Source: an uncultured cyanobacterium (GTDB taxonomy: Bacteria; Cyanobacteriota; Cyanobacteriia; Cyanobacteriales; CAWCAG01). From it: DNA of 64,000 nt. Every line of letters starts with the position of its first letter. The stretch's first letter is position 1. The position numbers were made by a program, and so were the translations under genes. Below are positions 52,716-64,000 of the stretch, piece by piece. The stretch lies in assembly GCA_963803805.1 (NCBI GenBank), contig CAWDOD010000004.1, positions 96,001 through 160,000 on the forward strand. Reading direction: 5' to 3'. Under the pieces are notes generated by a model. The model was not told where the DNA came from and ran no database searches. It saw only the letters and a list, made by a program, of their open reading frames with translations.

Positions 52716-53864
52716 ATGACACAATACTTTGCTACAGTTGCTCGCGGTTTAGAATCAATTGCTGCTCAAGAATTAGAACATTTGGGGGCTGTGGATATTT
52801 GCCCTGATTTTACCGGGGTACATTTTAGTGGCGGTCGCGAAGCGTCTCCGGAGGAGAATCGCGCTTTACTTTACCGGGTTAATCTTTGGGCAAGAACAAT
52901 TTTTCGGGTTCTTGTTCCCATTCGGGAGTTTCCTTGTCGTGATGCAGAAATGCTTTATGAAGAAGTACAGAAAGTTCCTTGGTCAGACTATCTTAGCTCT
53001 GATAATACTTTAGCTGTAGCTTGTACTGGAAAAAATCGTCAGCTTAACCATAGCCACTTTACTGCTCTTCAGGTGAAAAACGCTATTGTCGATTTACAAC
53101 GGGAAGAAACGGGGGAACGTTCTACTGTGGAACTTGATGCGCCTGATCTGCAACTCAACATTCACATCCATAAAAACCGAGGCATCTTAAGCTTAGATAG
53201 TACTGGAGAAAGTTTACATCGTCGGGGTTATCGTTCGGCTATGGGTTTAGCCCCTTTAAAAGAAACCCTTGCTGCGGCTTTATTAATCATGTCGGAGTGG
53301 GAACCTAGTTTACCTTTTTTAGATCCCCTTTGTGGTTCTGGAACTTTACCTTTAGAAGCGGCTTTAAAAGGACTCAACATTGCTCCTGGCTTGCATCGTC
53401 AAAGGTTTGCTTTCCAAAGTTGGTTGGATTTTGATGCCTCTTTGTGGCTAAAGTTGAAAACAGAAGCAGAAAATGCTGCTTTCCCTCAACTCCTCGCCCC
53501 CATTTATGGCAGCGATCGCAATCCAGAAATTTTGGCTCAAGCCCGTAGCAATGCCAAGCGCTGTAACCTCCAACAACAAATAGAATTTGCTGTCACTGAA
53601 TTAGCCCAAGTAACTGCCCCGGCTGAGAAAGGAATTATCATCTGCAACCCTCCCTATGGTAAGCGTGTTGGGGAAGAAGAAGAGTTAGAAGCTTTATATA
53701 AATTACTTGGGGATGTTTTTAAGCAGCGTTTTAAAGGTTGGACAGCTTATGTACTAACAGGTAATAAGGAGTTAGGGAAGAAAATTGGTTTAAAGGCTTC
53801 TCGACGTATTCGCGTTAATAATGGTTCTCTCCCTTGTACTTTACTCAAGTACGAACTTTATTAG
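52716..53864 (+). CDS. THUMP-domain RNA methyltransferase (RlmL-like)
   Basis: LHRRGYR, APLKETLAAA, DPLCGSGT, NPPYG. Confidence 0.9.
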   Translation: MTQYFATVARGLESIAAQELEHLGAVDICPDFTGVHFSGGREASPEENRALLYRVNLWARTIFRVLVPIREFPCRDAEMLYEEVQKVPWSDYLSSDNTLAVACTGKNRQLNHSHFTALQVKNAIVDLQREETGERSTVELDAPDLQLNIHIHKNRGILSLDSTGESLHRRGYRSAMGLAPLKETLAAALLIMSEWEPSLPFLDPLCGSGTLPLEAALKGLNIAPGLHRQRFAFQSWLDFDASLWLKLKTEAENAAFPQLLAPIYGSDRNPEILAQARSNAKRCNLQQQIEFAVTELAQVTAPAEKGIIICNPPYGKRVGEEEELEALYKLLGDVFKQRFKGWTAYVLTGNKELGKKIGLKASRRIRVNNGSLPCTLLKYELY

Positions 53865-53934
53865 CTATACCCCCAGCTATTATTTACAACGCCATCAAGA
53901 AAGTACTCGTCTCTAATATCTCCTATTTCATCAA

Positions 53935-56580
53935 TTACTTTCTTCCTACTAACCAATAAGAAATCATCTCTCCCCTACCCCTAATATGAATCTTACCTCG
54001 TTTTTCCAAGCAATATTTAGTTTGTAAATGCTGATAAGTAGCTTCACTAACTTGGATGCGGCCTTTTTTTCCTTGTGTTTCTAAGCGACTCGCCACATTA
54101 ACCGCATCTCCCCAAAGATCAAAAATAAACTTCTTTGTACCAATAACTCCACCGATTACAGGCCCAGTATTAATACCAATACGTAACTGGAATAGTTTGC
54201 CATCATCATGTTTGAAACCAGCGATCGCCTCTTGCATATCCAAAGCCATTGCTGCTACTGCCTCAGCATGATCACTGCGAAATGAAGGGACACCACCTAC
54301 CACCATATACTCATCGCCAATAGTTTTAATTTTTTCTAAGCTATATTTCTCACAGAGGCGATCAAAAATAGAAAAGATTTGATTGAGTAAATCGACTAAT
54401 TCTGTGGGATGTTTCTTAGCCGCTAAGCTAGTAAAGTTAACTAAATCTGCAAACATAATTGTTGCTGCGGCAAAGCGTTCGGCAATAGGTTGTTGATTTT
54501 GTTTTAAGCGTGTTGCGATCGCTGCGGGTAGAACATTTAGTAGTAAGCGTTCAGATTTTTCTTGTTCTAAGCGCAGTTTACCTTCAAAGAGTTTGCGCTC
54601 GGTAATATCTTGAACAGAACCTTGGTAACAGAGTAAGTTACCTTGGGTATCAAAAATACTATGGACACTTTCAGAAATCCAGATAATTTTACCATCTTGA
54701 CGGCGAACTTGAGACTCAAAACCCGATACTTGTCCCTCTTGCTGCATCAATTTGATAAACTTGAAGCGTTGTTTAGGATCAACATAAATTTGTTGGGCAA
54801 TATTCTCCACATTACTAACTAATACTTCAGGAGATTCATAGCCGTAAATTTTTGCTAGGGCTGGGTTGGCGCTAATATATTTGCCGTCAGGAGTAGTTTG
54901 GAAAATACCTTCAATCGCATTATCAAAAATGCGCCGATATTTATCCTCAGCCTGTTGCATTGCTTCTTTATTTTGCTTACTTTCAGTTATATTCCTAGCA
55001 ATCCAAATAACTGTATTTTCGCTAAGGGGAGAAACTTTGGCATAGAAATGTATCTCTTGTGCTTCAATAACTTGGGAGTATTCTACAGAAACAGTTTGTT
55101 GAGTCTCCAATGCTTGTTGAATGTAGCGTAATTTAATCTCAGCGTGCTGTGGTGATAAAACTTCAAAAATATTTTTATTTAAAACTTGCTCAGCAGACTT
55201 ACTTGGGAAACCTGGGTTAGTAGGGGCAACTTTACGATAATACCCTTGGCCATCAAAAACAAAAATCAAGTCTGTCATTGCCCCAAACAAAGTTCTCAGT
55301 TCGGCTTCTGTGCGTTCTTGTTCGGCAACTTTCTTTTGCAATTCTAAGGTGGCTGCTTCTAGTTGCCGAGATTTTTGCTCCAATTGCCAGCTATATTCTA
55401 TCTCCTGAGTTAAGTCTGAAAGCATATCAATAACCACTTCTGAGGTAGGAGAATTGACTTCTTCTAGTCCCAACCAAGGCAAAGGTTTAATGAGGTTTTT
55501 GCTAGTATAAACAATCTCAAATTGCCCCGTAGATTTTACTTTGCCGATGCGACAGTTTTTCCAAACATGGTGGTTAGCTTCAACCCTCACCAACCCCCCA
55601 GGTGCAGCAAAACTCTGTCCGTAAGCCGCTATTCTTACCTGTTCTGTAGCAAAAGATTGAGCTAATTCTACTGCTTGTCGCCACAAATAAACTTGGCTGT
55701 AGGCAGCTTCAATGGGGTCACTAGTTACTGCGGTTGCATCTTGCCAGTTTTGAAAGCTTTCGACAAAGGCTTTATTGCTAGGGGTATCAAGACTTTGAAA
55801 GTATGTCCAACAAGCATAATGTCCTGCTGCTACAGCACCGATTTGTTGAAGTTCAGCTTCGGCAATGCTAACTGCCATAATCGGTATTGTTGTAGCGGGA
55901 ATTCCTGCTTGATAGTATTGCTCATAAAAGGCAATGTTGCTTGTACCATTGAGGCTATTGAAAACAACATCAGGCTGAATATTTTTGATTTCTTGAATAG
56001 TTGCCTGAAAATCTTTGCTACCCAGAGGCATATATTTTGTACCCGAAACATAACCACCTTTTTGTTTCAGTTGGGCTTCAATTATTCTATTAACGCTACG
56101 AGGAAAAACGTAGTCGGAACCGATTAAATAAAAGCGCTTTTTCTGGTTTTCTAGTAACCAATTAACTGTAGGTTGAACTTGTTGGTTAGGGCAAGATCCG
56201 GTATAAAAAATATTAGGAGAAGCTTCTAAGCCTTCATACTGAACAGGATACCAAAGTAAAGAATTTAATTCCTCAAAGATAGGTTTTACTGCCTTGCGAG
56301 TAGTAGAAGTCCAGCAACCAAAGACAGTAACTACTTGATCTTCTAAGATTAGCTTTCTAGCTTTGTGGGCAAACACTTCTGGATCAGAAGCCCCATCTTC
56401 TATAATTGGCTCAATTTGCTTGCCTAATAGGCCTCCAGCAGCGTTGATCTCGGCGATTGCCATTAATTCCGCTTCAATTAACGGGACTTCGCTAATAGCC
56501 ATTGTGCCGCATTGAGAATGTAAAATACCAACTCGCACCGTTTGCGCTTCAATATTTTCGGAGATAGGTACTGTTGGCAT
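53935..56580 (-). CDS. UrtA/AmiC-type ligand-binding domain, two PAS domains and a class III adenylate cyclase
   Basis: VGILHS..GTMAISE, GCWTS..RKAV, YPVQYEG; PAS/PAC ending DITERK; FADLVNFT, KIKTIGD, DLWGDAVNVASR. Confidence 0.9.
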   Translation of the reverse strand: MPTVPISENIEAQTVRVGILHSQCGTMAISEVPLIEAELMAIAEINAAGGLLGKQIEPIIEDGASDPEVFAHKARKLILEDQVVTVFGCWTSTTRKAVKPIFEELNSLLWYPVQYEGLEASPNIFYTGSCPNQQVQPTVNWLLENQKKRFYLIGSDYVFPRSVNRIIEAQLKQKGGYVSGTKYMPLGSKDFQATIQEIKNIQPDVVFNSLNGTSNIAFYEQYYQAGIPATTIPIMAVSIAEAELQQIGAVAAGHYACWTYFQSLDTPSNKAFVESFQNWQDATAVTSDPIEAAYSQVYLWRQAVELAQSFATEQVRIAAYGQSFAAPGGLVRVEANHHVWKNCRIGKVKSTGQFEIVYTSKNLIKPLPWLGLEEVNSPTSEVVIDMLSDLTQEIEYSWQLEQKSRQLEAATLELQKKVAEQERTEAELRTLFGAMTDLIFVFDGQGYYRKVAPTNPGFPSKSAEQVLNKNIFEVLSPQHAEIKLRYIQQALETQQTVSVEYSQVIEAQEIHFYAKVSPLSENTVIWIARNITESKQNKEAMQQAEDKYRRIFDNAIEGIFQTTPDGKYISANPALAKIYGYESPEVLVSNVENIAQQIYVDPKQRFKFIKLMQQEGQVSGFESQVRRQDGKIIWISESVHSIFDTQGNLLCYQGSVQDITERKLFEGKLRLEQEKSERLLLNVLPAAIATRLKQNQQPIAERFAAATIMFADLVNFTSLAAKKHPTELVDLLNQIFSIFDRLCEKYSLEKIKTIGDEYMVVGGVPSFRSDHAEAVAAMALDMQEAIAGFKHDDGKLFQLRIGINTGPVIGGVIGTKKFIFDLWGDAVNVASRLETQGKKGRIQVSEATYQHLQTKYCLEKRGKIHIRGRGEMISYWLVGRK

Positions 56581-56779
56581 CTCAAGGCATCCTTGGATAT
56601 AACTAGTATTTTTAGATTATGTCCCTAACGACATTTTATTCTGTCTGTTTTTATACTGTAAAATTAGTTACCATTTTGAGATCAAGTGAAAGAAATTTTT
56701 CCCCAGGAAGTTCTGAGAGGAAATTTTACTCCTAATTCCCCATCAGATTAGTTAATTAGCTATTTGACAAGTAGAATTA

Positions 56780-56852
56780 TGCCGGGAGGCGGACTTGAAC
56801 CGCCGACACGAGGATTTTCAGTCCTCTGCTCTACCACCTGAGCTATCCTGGC
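56780..56852 (-). tRNA. trnF: tRNA-Phe(GAA)
   Basis: GCCAGGATAGCTCAGGTGGTAGAGCAGAGGACTGAAAATCCTCGTGTCGGCGGTTCAAGTCCGCCTCCCGGCA. Confidence 0.95.
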
Positions 56853-57039
56853 TCGCTTTTTACAGCGCTTAATTAAGGTAACAAAATTAGTTGAACCTTG
56901 GCAAGGTATAAATCTGAATTTGGAGAGAAATTTTTGGTTGAGGGAGAAAGGAAACTCCGAAAGCTTGTAAGTCTGGGGGCAATCCATTACTGTATGTAAG
57001 TCTTTCTTCATCATTCAACTGAATAGAACATTAGCCCTA

Positions 57040-58650
57040 ATGAGGATTAGTAAATATCTCAAAGACTTTCCTAAAAGCGTTGCGATCGCCGCAGGAATTT
57101 TCTTTATTTTGACCACAACTTTTTTGTTACATCGTCACTATAGCGGCTATTTCAGCTATACAACCTACAATCAAAGCATTTTCACCCAACTGTTTTGGAA
57201 TGGAACTCAAGGCAAGATGTTCCAAAGTTCTCTTTCTTCTTCTCTCTCGGCCGCAGTAGAACTTGATGGAAACTTACCAGAAGTATTTTACTACCGCCTT
57301 GGTCAGCATTTTACCCCAGCTTTATTAGTCTGGTTGCCTTTTTACTTCCTCTACCCTTCTGCTGCCACTTTAATGGTTCTACAAGCGGCAATTATGACAG
57401 CAGGGGGAATTATGCTTTATTTTTTGGCCCGTCATTATTTAGATGAACAGAAATCAATTTTTATTGCCCTCAGCTTTTACTGTGCTAACGCTGTCATTGG
57501 TCCCACTTTGGCTAACTTCAGTGATTTTTGTCAAATTCCTTTTTATGTATTTAGCCTCTTACTCGCCCTAGAAAAACGCTACTGGTGCCTATTTGCGGGT
57601 TTATCAGCTTTACTCCTCACTGTCAGAGAAGACTCTGGTATCATTTTATTTAGTTTTGGCTTTTACTTCCTTCTGAGTAGACGCTACCCCAGAATTGGTT
57701 TAGCCCTTTGTACCTTCAGTTTTGGCTATATGTTGCTTGTCACCAATGTAATTATGCCTAGCTTTTCTGAGGATATTTCCCGACGCTTCATGATGGAACA
57801 GTTCGCTGGTTATATAGATGGAGAAAAAGCTTCAACATTGGAAGTTATTGGCGGCATAATTAGCAAACCACAACTGTTATTCCAGGAACTTTTTAGCCCA
57901 TTACCTCAATTACTACGCTATCTTAGTGGGCATTGGCTTCCCTTGGCATATATCCCGGCAATTTCCCCTGCTGCTTGGTTAACAACAGCTTTCCCCTTAC
58001 TTACCCTGCTGCTACGCCAAGATATGTGGGCTTTCTCTATTAATATGCGCTTCGTTTTAGCCGTAGTACCAGGAATATTTTATGGTGCAGTTATTTGGTG
58101 GTCTAATCATCCTGGGGCTTTAAAACTCAGATTTCGCCGCATTTGGATTTTATGCCTCTGTTTATCGTTATTTTTCACCTTCACCTCCAATCCCCATCGG
58201 GCTTGGTCTTTTATTATCCCTGATTCTATTGATCCTTTGGTTTATGTCTCTGTACCCCAGCAATGGCAGCATATGAGGCATTTAAACTCCCTAGAAAAGC
58301 AGATTCCCTCAGATGCTAGTGTTGCTGCCACAACGCAAATTTTGCCCCACCTAGCTACTCGCCGCCAACTCCTCCCTTTTCCCCGACTGCAACTAATCAA
58401 TGATGCTAAAGAAACTGTTGATGTAGATTATGCGATCGCTGATTTATGGCAATTTCAACAATACCAAGCTGCTTTTGATGACAATCGCTTGAAACTGCAA
58501 GAATTAGTACCCATAATTGAGGGAATATTAGCCCAAGGTAATTATGGTTTAATTGCTTGTGAAGATGGAGTCGTTTTGCTACAAAAAGGAGCAGAATCTC
58601 AGGCTGAGGCTTTAGTAAATTGGCAGGATTTTTTGCAAAATCTACAGTAA
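57040..58650 (+). CDS. DUF2079-like polytopic membrane protein (GT-C-like)
   Basis: Q.IF.QLFWN, RLGQHFTPAL, L.VRED; many TM segments. Confidence 0.8.
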   Translation: MRISKYLKDFPKSVAIAAGIFFILTTTFLLHRHYSGYFSYTTYNQSIFTQLFWNGTQGKMFQSSLSSSLSAAVELDGNLPEVFYYRLGQHFTPALLVWLPFYFLYPSAATLMVLQAAIMTAGGIMLYFLARHYLDEQKSIFIALSFYCANAVIGPTLANFSDFCQIPFYVFSLLLALEKRYWCLFAGLSALLLTVREDSGIILFSFGFYFLLSRRYPRIGLALCTFSFGYMLLVTNVIMPSFSEDISRRFMMEQFAGYIDGEKASTLEVIGGIISKPQLLFQELFSPLPQLLRYLSGHWLPLAYIPAISPAAWLTTAFPLLTLLLRQDMWAFSINMRFVLAVVPGIFYGAVIWWSNHPGALKLRFRRIWILCLCLSLFFTFTSNPHRAWSFIIPDSIDPLVYVSVPQQWQHMRHLNSLEKQIPSDASVAATTQILPHLATRRQLLPFPRLQLINDAKETVDVDYAIADLWQFQQYQAAFDDNRLKLQELVPIIEGILAQGNYGLIACEDGVVLLQKGAESQAEALVNWQDFLQNLQ

Positions 58651-58714
58651 TTAAGCAAAATCAACAATATATCCCGTAGATTTTGTATAACCTATGCTGC
58701 TGAATATTAATTTA

Positions 58715-59398
58715 TTATTCTTGAGATTGAACTTGATTGCAAAAATCAATAAAATCCTGAAAACTTTTTAAATGTTGAGGTTGATTTTCCACCCTTTTAA
58801 TTAATTGCTTTAAATAGTGAGATTCTTGAGAGTCACCGGGAGATTTTTTTGTGTATCTAATATTTCTAGCTGCAAAAATTGCCTTTAAATATAACTCATG
58901 GAAATCAGCATGATTATAATCATCGCTATAATTACCCATTAACTCTGGATCGCTGATTGAAACATCATAGTAGTTGACATATTCCTTTAAAGGTTCCTGT
59001 AAAGATTGTCGAGAATCGAATATTTTCCTGTTGCCAAGCAGCCAAGTTTCAATACATCTATTTTGAATAATAGGAACAAGTTTAGTTTTGCCTAATTCTA
59101 AATTGTTTTCCCTAACAAAGTCTTTAATTTCCTGCTTTCTATCTTCTACTGTATCTTCATCTGCATCTACACAAACTACTAAATAATCGTATTTGCCTAT
59201 CTCTTGTATTTTTCCAACTGCACCACGAATGTGATTGAAAATATTAGGATAACCATAACCACTCATGATCACATAGTTGTTTTTATCTACTTGATTATAA
59301 AGTTGTACTCTTTCTATTTCAGGTAAAAGAATTTTAAGCCAAGCTGGATAAAGTTTCTTTTCTGTACTTCTTCCTTCCACAAGAAAATAAATATTCAT
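58715..59398 (-). CDS. TOPRIM-like (RloB/DUF4276/DUF4435-like) protein
   Basis: N-terminal YFLVEG..TE, DxD in VCVDADED, NRCIETWLL. Confidence 0.7.
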   Translation of the reverse strand: MNIYFLVEGRSTEKKLYPAWLKILLPEIERVQLYNQVDKNNYVIMSGYGYPNIFNHIRGAVGKIQEIGKYDYLVVCVDADEDTVEDRKQEIKDFVRENNLELGKTKLVPIIQNRCIETWLLGNRKIFDSRQSLQEPLKEYVNYYDVSISDPELMGNYSDDYNHADFHELYLKAIFAARNIRYTKKSPGDSQESHYLKQLIKRVENQPQHLKSFQDFIDFCNQVQSQE

Positions 59399-60552
59399 TA
59401 TATTGCTATACTTTCATTTTCCTCATCTAAGATATTTATTAAATCGATGAAAGCTTTTTGACGAGATTTAGCAATGCCTATTTCTTCAGGATTTTTAACT
59501 GTTACTAAGTTGCCTTTCCTGGTAACAATTTTCCAATGCTTAGTACTGATGTTATTAATTACATAAGGATGATGACTGGTAATAATAATTTGTATATTTT
59601 TGCTTCCTGATAATAAATCCTCTGTCACCGCATCAATACAGTTCACTCCTAAACTATTTTCAAATTCATCAATTAAGATAACGCTTCCTTCTGGGGATAA
59701 ATAAAGTTGGCTTATGTACATCAAGGCTTTAAACATACCAGATGACATTCTGGATTGTGGTATCCATTCTGCAATACCTCTTTCTTTAATACTTACCATA
59801 GTGAAATCTTTAGCTAAATTAGTAATATTTATAGGAACATCACTTTTGCTTACAGGTTCCAATCTTAAATCTTCTACTAAAGGAAAGATAGATAAAAAGC
59901 TTTGCTTTATCTTGTCGAAAATTTTGTACTTGTCATATCGATAAGCTATTGATAACTTCACTGGCAAAATGAAATTGCTGTTTTTTAAAAATTGCAAATC
60001 TGCATTTTCGTATTTCCTCCAAGTAGATATATCTATTCCATACACTTTGTCATAAAAATAATCTGGATTACAAAAAAGTATTGTGTTTAGTTCTCTTTGT
60101 ACAGGAGCAACATCTTCTTCTTGATTTAATAAATCTGTAATACTCTGATCTAGTGGTAATTTAGGAGTTTTGATTCCTTTAAACTTAATTTGACTTGGAG
60201 TCCTTTTAACAATTTTGTTTTTACCTTTAAATAGTTCTTCATTTAAAATATTAAACTTTTCCTTTTCCTCTTGTTCAGACTGATTATTTGTAAGTACATC
60301 TGCTTTTCTTGTTTCAAACTCACCAGACCATTTGTAATCATCTCCCTCTTGGGTTGAAAAACTTAGCTCCCACTTAACTCCATTGAAAGAGCCACCATTG
60401 GCAATTTCTCTAAGATTAGCGATAGATTTTAATATTTGAGTTTTACCTGCCCCAGATACTCCAACAAGCAAAGTTAAATTAGAAGTTATTTCTAAAGACT
60501 CAAGTTGCCAGTTATATTCTTGATCACAGTACTTAATAGTATGAATTTTCAT
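59398..60552 (-). CDS. ABC-type ATPase (AAA_21/AAA_15-like)
   Basis: GVSGAGKT, signature MSSG, ILIDEFENSL, IITSHHP. Confidence 0.88.
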   Translation of the reverse strand: MKIHTIKYCDQEYNWQLESLEITSNLTLLVGVSGAGKTQILKSIANLREIANGGSFNGVKWELSFSTQEGDDYKWSGEFETRKADVLTNNQSEQEEKEKFNILNEELFKGKNKIVKRTPSQIKFKGIKTPKLPLDQSITDLLNQEEDVAPVQRELNTILFCNPDYFYDKVYGIDISTWRKYENADLQFLKNSNFILPVKLSIAYRYDKYKIFDKIKQSFLSIFPLVEDLRLEPVSKSDVPINITNLAKDFTMVSIKERGIAEWIPQSRMSSGMFKALMYISQLYLSPEGSVILIDEFENSLGVNCIDAVTEDLLSGSKNIQIIITSHHPYVINNISTKHWKIVTRKGNLVTVKNPEEIGIAKSRQKAFIDLINILDEENESIAI

Positions 60553-60593
60553 ATTTTTATCCTGCTAAACTTTTGGCAATATTTACAGTTTTG

Positions 60594-60738
60594 GTAGGGT
60601 GGGCAAGTGAATTTAAAACTATCACTAACAAACTTCTACTTGCTTGCCCACCATGATTAGTTGCAGGTTGCCCAGATTTTGGTGGGCAAAAATAGCATGG
60701 TTTTCCTCAAACTCAATCTGTAATTGCCTTTTGCCCAC
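60594..60738. repeat. Two REP-like hairpins
   Basis: GGTGGGCAAG...CTTGCCCACC and GTGGGCAAAA...TTTTGCCCAC. Confidence 0.7.
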
Positions 60739-60745
60739 TTTACTT

Positions 60746-62713
60746 TTAACCTTGTCTCAACTTATCTAAAACGCTTAAATCTTCCATCGTCGAGACATCC
60801 CCTACCAACTCTTCCCCGGCAGCCAAATTACGCAAAAAGCGGCGGATAATTTTACCGGATCGGGTTTTGGGCAGGGCATCGGTAAAACGAATTTCCCCCG
60901 GACGAGCGATCGCACCAATTTCTTTAACAACGTGTTGCATGAGTTCTTTTTTCAACTCATCACTGGGATTAGAGTTGCCTTCTAAGGTGACAAAAGCGTA
61001 AACATCTTCTCCCTTAACCTCATCAGGACGACCTACCACCGCCGCTTCTGCTACTGCTGGGTGGGATACCAATGCCGACTCTACCTCCATTGTTCCCAAA
61101 CGATGTCCGGCAACATTAATTACATCGTCTACTCGCCCCATAACCCAGAAATAACCATCTTCATCCTTCCTTGCACCGTCCCCTGCAAAGTAAAGGTATT
61201 GCCCATCTTTGGGGGGTATATGTTCCCAATAGGTCTTGCGGAAGCGTTCATTATCGCCATAAACTGTCCGCATCATACTTGGCCAAGGATGCTTAATAAC
61301 GAGATAACCCCCTTGATTATCGGCTACGGGGTTGCCTTCTAAATCAACAATATCAGCGATGATGCCAGGGAAAGGTAAGGTTGCAGAACCTGGTTTGGTG
61401 GGGGTTGCACCGGGGAGGGGAGTTAACATGAAGCCTCCGGTTTCTGTTTGCCACCAAGTATCGATAATAGGACAGCGTTCATTGCCAATGACTTGGTGAT
61501 ACCACATCCAAGCTTTGGGGTTGATTGGTTCCCCCACTGTTCCCAAAATACGCAAGGAGGACAAATCTCTCGCTTTAGGGTGTTCGTCTCCCAACTTAAT
61601 CAGCGCCCGAATGGCTGTAGGGGCGGTGTAAAAGATATTCACCCCGTACTTTTCCACCACATCCCACCAACAACCAGGGTTAGAGGCGCGGGGTACACCT
61701 TCATACATTAAGCTAGTTGCACCGTTGGATAAAGGGCCATAAACTATGTAACTGTGGCCTGTGATCCAACCTACATCAGCAGTACACCAATAAACATCGG
61801 TTTCTTTGAGATCAAAGGCCCATTTTGTGGTCATGTGGGTGTAAAGGTTATAACCCCCAGTGGTATGAACAACCCCTTTCGGTTTACCCGTTGTACCGCT
61901 AGTGTAGAGGATGAAGAGTAAGTCCTCACTATCCATAGGTTCAGCAGGACATTCAGCAGAGGCTTGGGGTTGTAAGTCGTGCCACCAATGATCTCTACTG
62001 TTAACCATTTCGATGTCTTCTTTGGTTCGCTGTACCACCAAAACATTTTCGACACTAGGGGCGGCATTGTTTTCTAAAGCTTTATCTACCTGTACTTTCA
62101 AAGGGACAACTTTATCTTTGCGGAAGCCCCCATCAGCAGTAATAACTAACTTAGCTTCGGCATCAACTAAGCGATCTTTTAAGGCTTCAGCACTAAAACC
62201 ACCAAAAACAACAGTATGTGCCGCACCAATCCGGGCGCAAGCTAACATGGCGATGGCGGCTTCGGGAATCATGGGTAAATAAATGGCGACGCGATCGCCT
62301 TTTTTTACTCCCAATTCTTTGATGACGTTGGCACACTGACAAACTTCTCGGTGTAGCTGGGCGTAGGTGATGACGCGAGAGTCTCCAGGTTCACCTTCCC
62401 AAATTATCGCTGCTTTGTTTCTACGGTGGGTGGTTAAATGGCGATCTAAACAATTGTAGGAGATGTTGATTTTGCCCCCCACAAACCATTTAGCAAAAGG
62501 GGGTTGCCAATCTAGTACAGTATCCCATTTTTTAAACCAATGGAGTTCCTGTTCTGCCAATTCTGCCCAAAACTGGGCCGGATCTGCTTTGGCTTTGGCA
62601 TAAATTTCTTGATATTCATCTAAACTTTTGATGTTAGCTTCAGCAGAAAATTCAGCCGGAGGAGGAAAGAGGCGCTTTTCTTGGAGGATTGATTCTATAG
62701 TTGGTTGAGACAT
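60746..62713 (-). CDS. acs: Acetyl-CoA synthetase
   Basis: [30 protein letters not shown]. Confidence 0.97.
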   Translation of the reverse strand: MSQPTIESILQEKRLFPPPAEFSAEANIKSLDEYQEIYAKAKADPAQFWAELAEQELHWFKKWDTVLDWQPPFAKWFVGGKINISYNCLDRHLTTHRRNKAAIIWEGEPGDSRVITYAQLHREVCQCANVIKELGVKKGDRVAIYLPMIPEAAIAMLACARIGAAHTVVFGGFSAEALKDRLVDAEAKLVITADGGFRKDKVVPLKVQVDKALENNAAPSVENVLVVQRTKEDIEMVNSRDHWWHDLQPQASAECPAEPMDSEDLLFILYTSGTTGKPKGVVHTTGGYNLYTHMTTKWAFDLKETDVYWCTADVGWITGHSYIVYGPLSNGATSLMYEGVPRASNPGCWWDVVEKYGVNIFYTAPTAIRALIKLGDEHPKARDLSSLRILGTVGEPINPKAWMWYHQVIGNERCPIIDTWWQTETGGFMLTPLPGATPTKPGSATLPFPGIIADIVDLEGNPVADNQGGYLVIKHPWPSMMRTVYGDNERFRKTYWEHIPPKDGQYLYFAGDGARKDEDGYFWVMGRVDDVINVAGHRLGTMEVESALVSHPAVAEAAVVGRPDEVKGEDVYAFVTLEGNSNPSDELKKELMQHVVKEIGAIARPGEIRFTDALPKTRSGKIIRRFLRNLAAGEELVGDVSTMEDLSVLDKLRQG

Positions 62714-62893
62714 TTTAATCAGTAACTAATAATCAGTTAAGCTTGGGGTAATAGTACAATCCTTATACTTACCAGGGTTTGGGTCAATTTTAAGTTACGA
62801 TTTTTGATCTTGAGCCTACTGAAAAAAGAATACATCAAGCAGAATTAATAATGTTGTCAAATTTTGCCCTTTGCCTTACCTGTAGCGCTAAAT

Positions 62894-64000
<1,107 letters not shown>

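Noticed and set aside
56760..57014. 84-aa ORF
   Set aside because: It overlaps tRNA-Phe and is spurious.

Overview
AT-rich cyanobacterial chromosomal window (psbA, psbM, cp12, cruF/cruG, glpX-type FBPase/SBPase, many HIP1 GCGATCGC octamers and 7-bp STRR tracts). Core genes (hemA, glmM, nadA, cofG, rph, purT, acs, serS, tRNA-Ser, tRNA-Phe) are interleaved with accessory signalling and candidate conflict genes: a phytochrome kinase with DIP changed to EIP, a NACHT-pentapeptide-TPR protein, a P-loop ATPase next to a large inactive-NTPase/TPR/STAND/WD40 protein, a NERD-helicase-pentapeptide protein, a lone tail-collar protein, a soluble UrtA/AmiC-PAS-adenylate cyclase fusion, and a coupled ABC-ATPase plus TOPRIM-like pair (PARIS/AbiL-like). 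Features missed or truncated by the ORF track: psbM, a 56-aa ORF, a PEP-CTERM tail hidden by a frameshift, a sulfotransferase with a premature stop, two ORFs that extend upstream without a canonical start, an IS4 remnant and REP-like repeats. Several single-base indels in short homopolymers, including one in normally essential glmM, suggest assembly errors. No CRISPR array or rRNA was seen. Family assignments come from motif recognition, not database searches.
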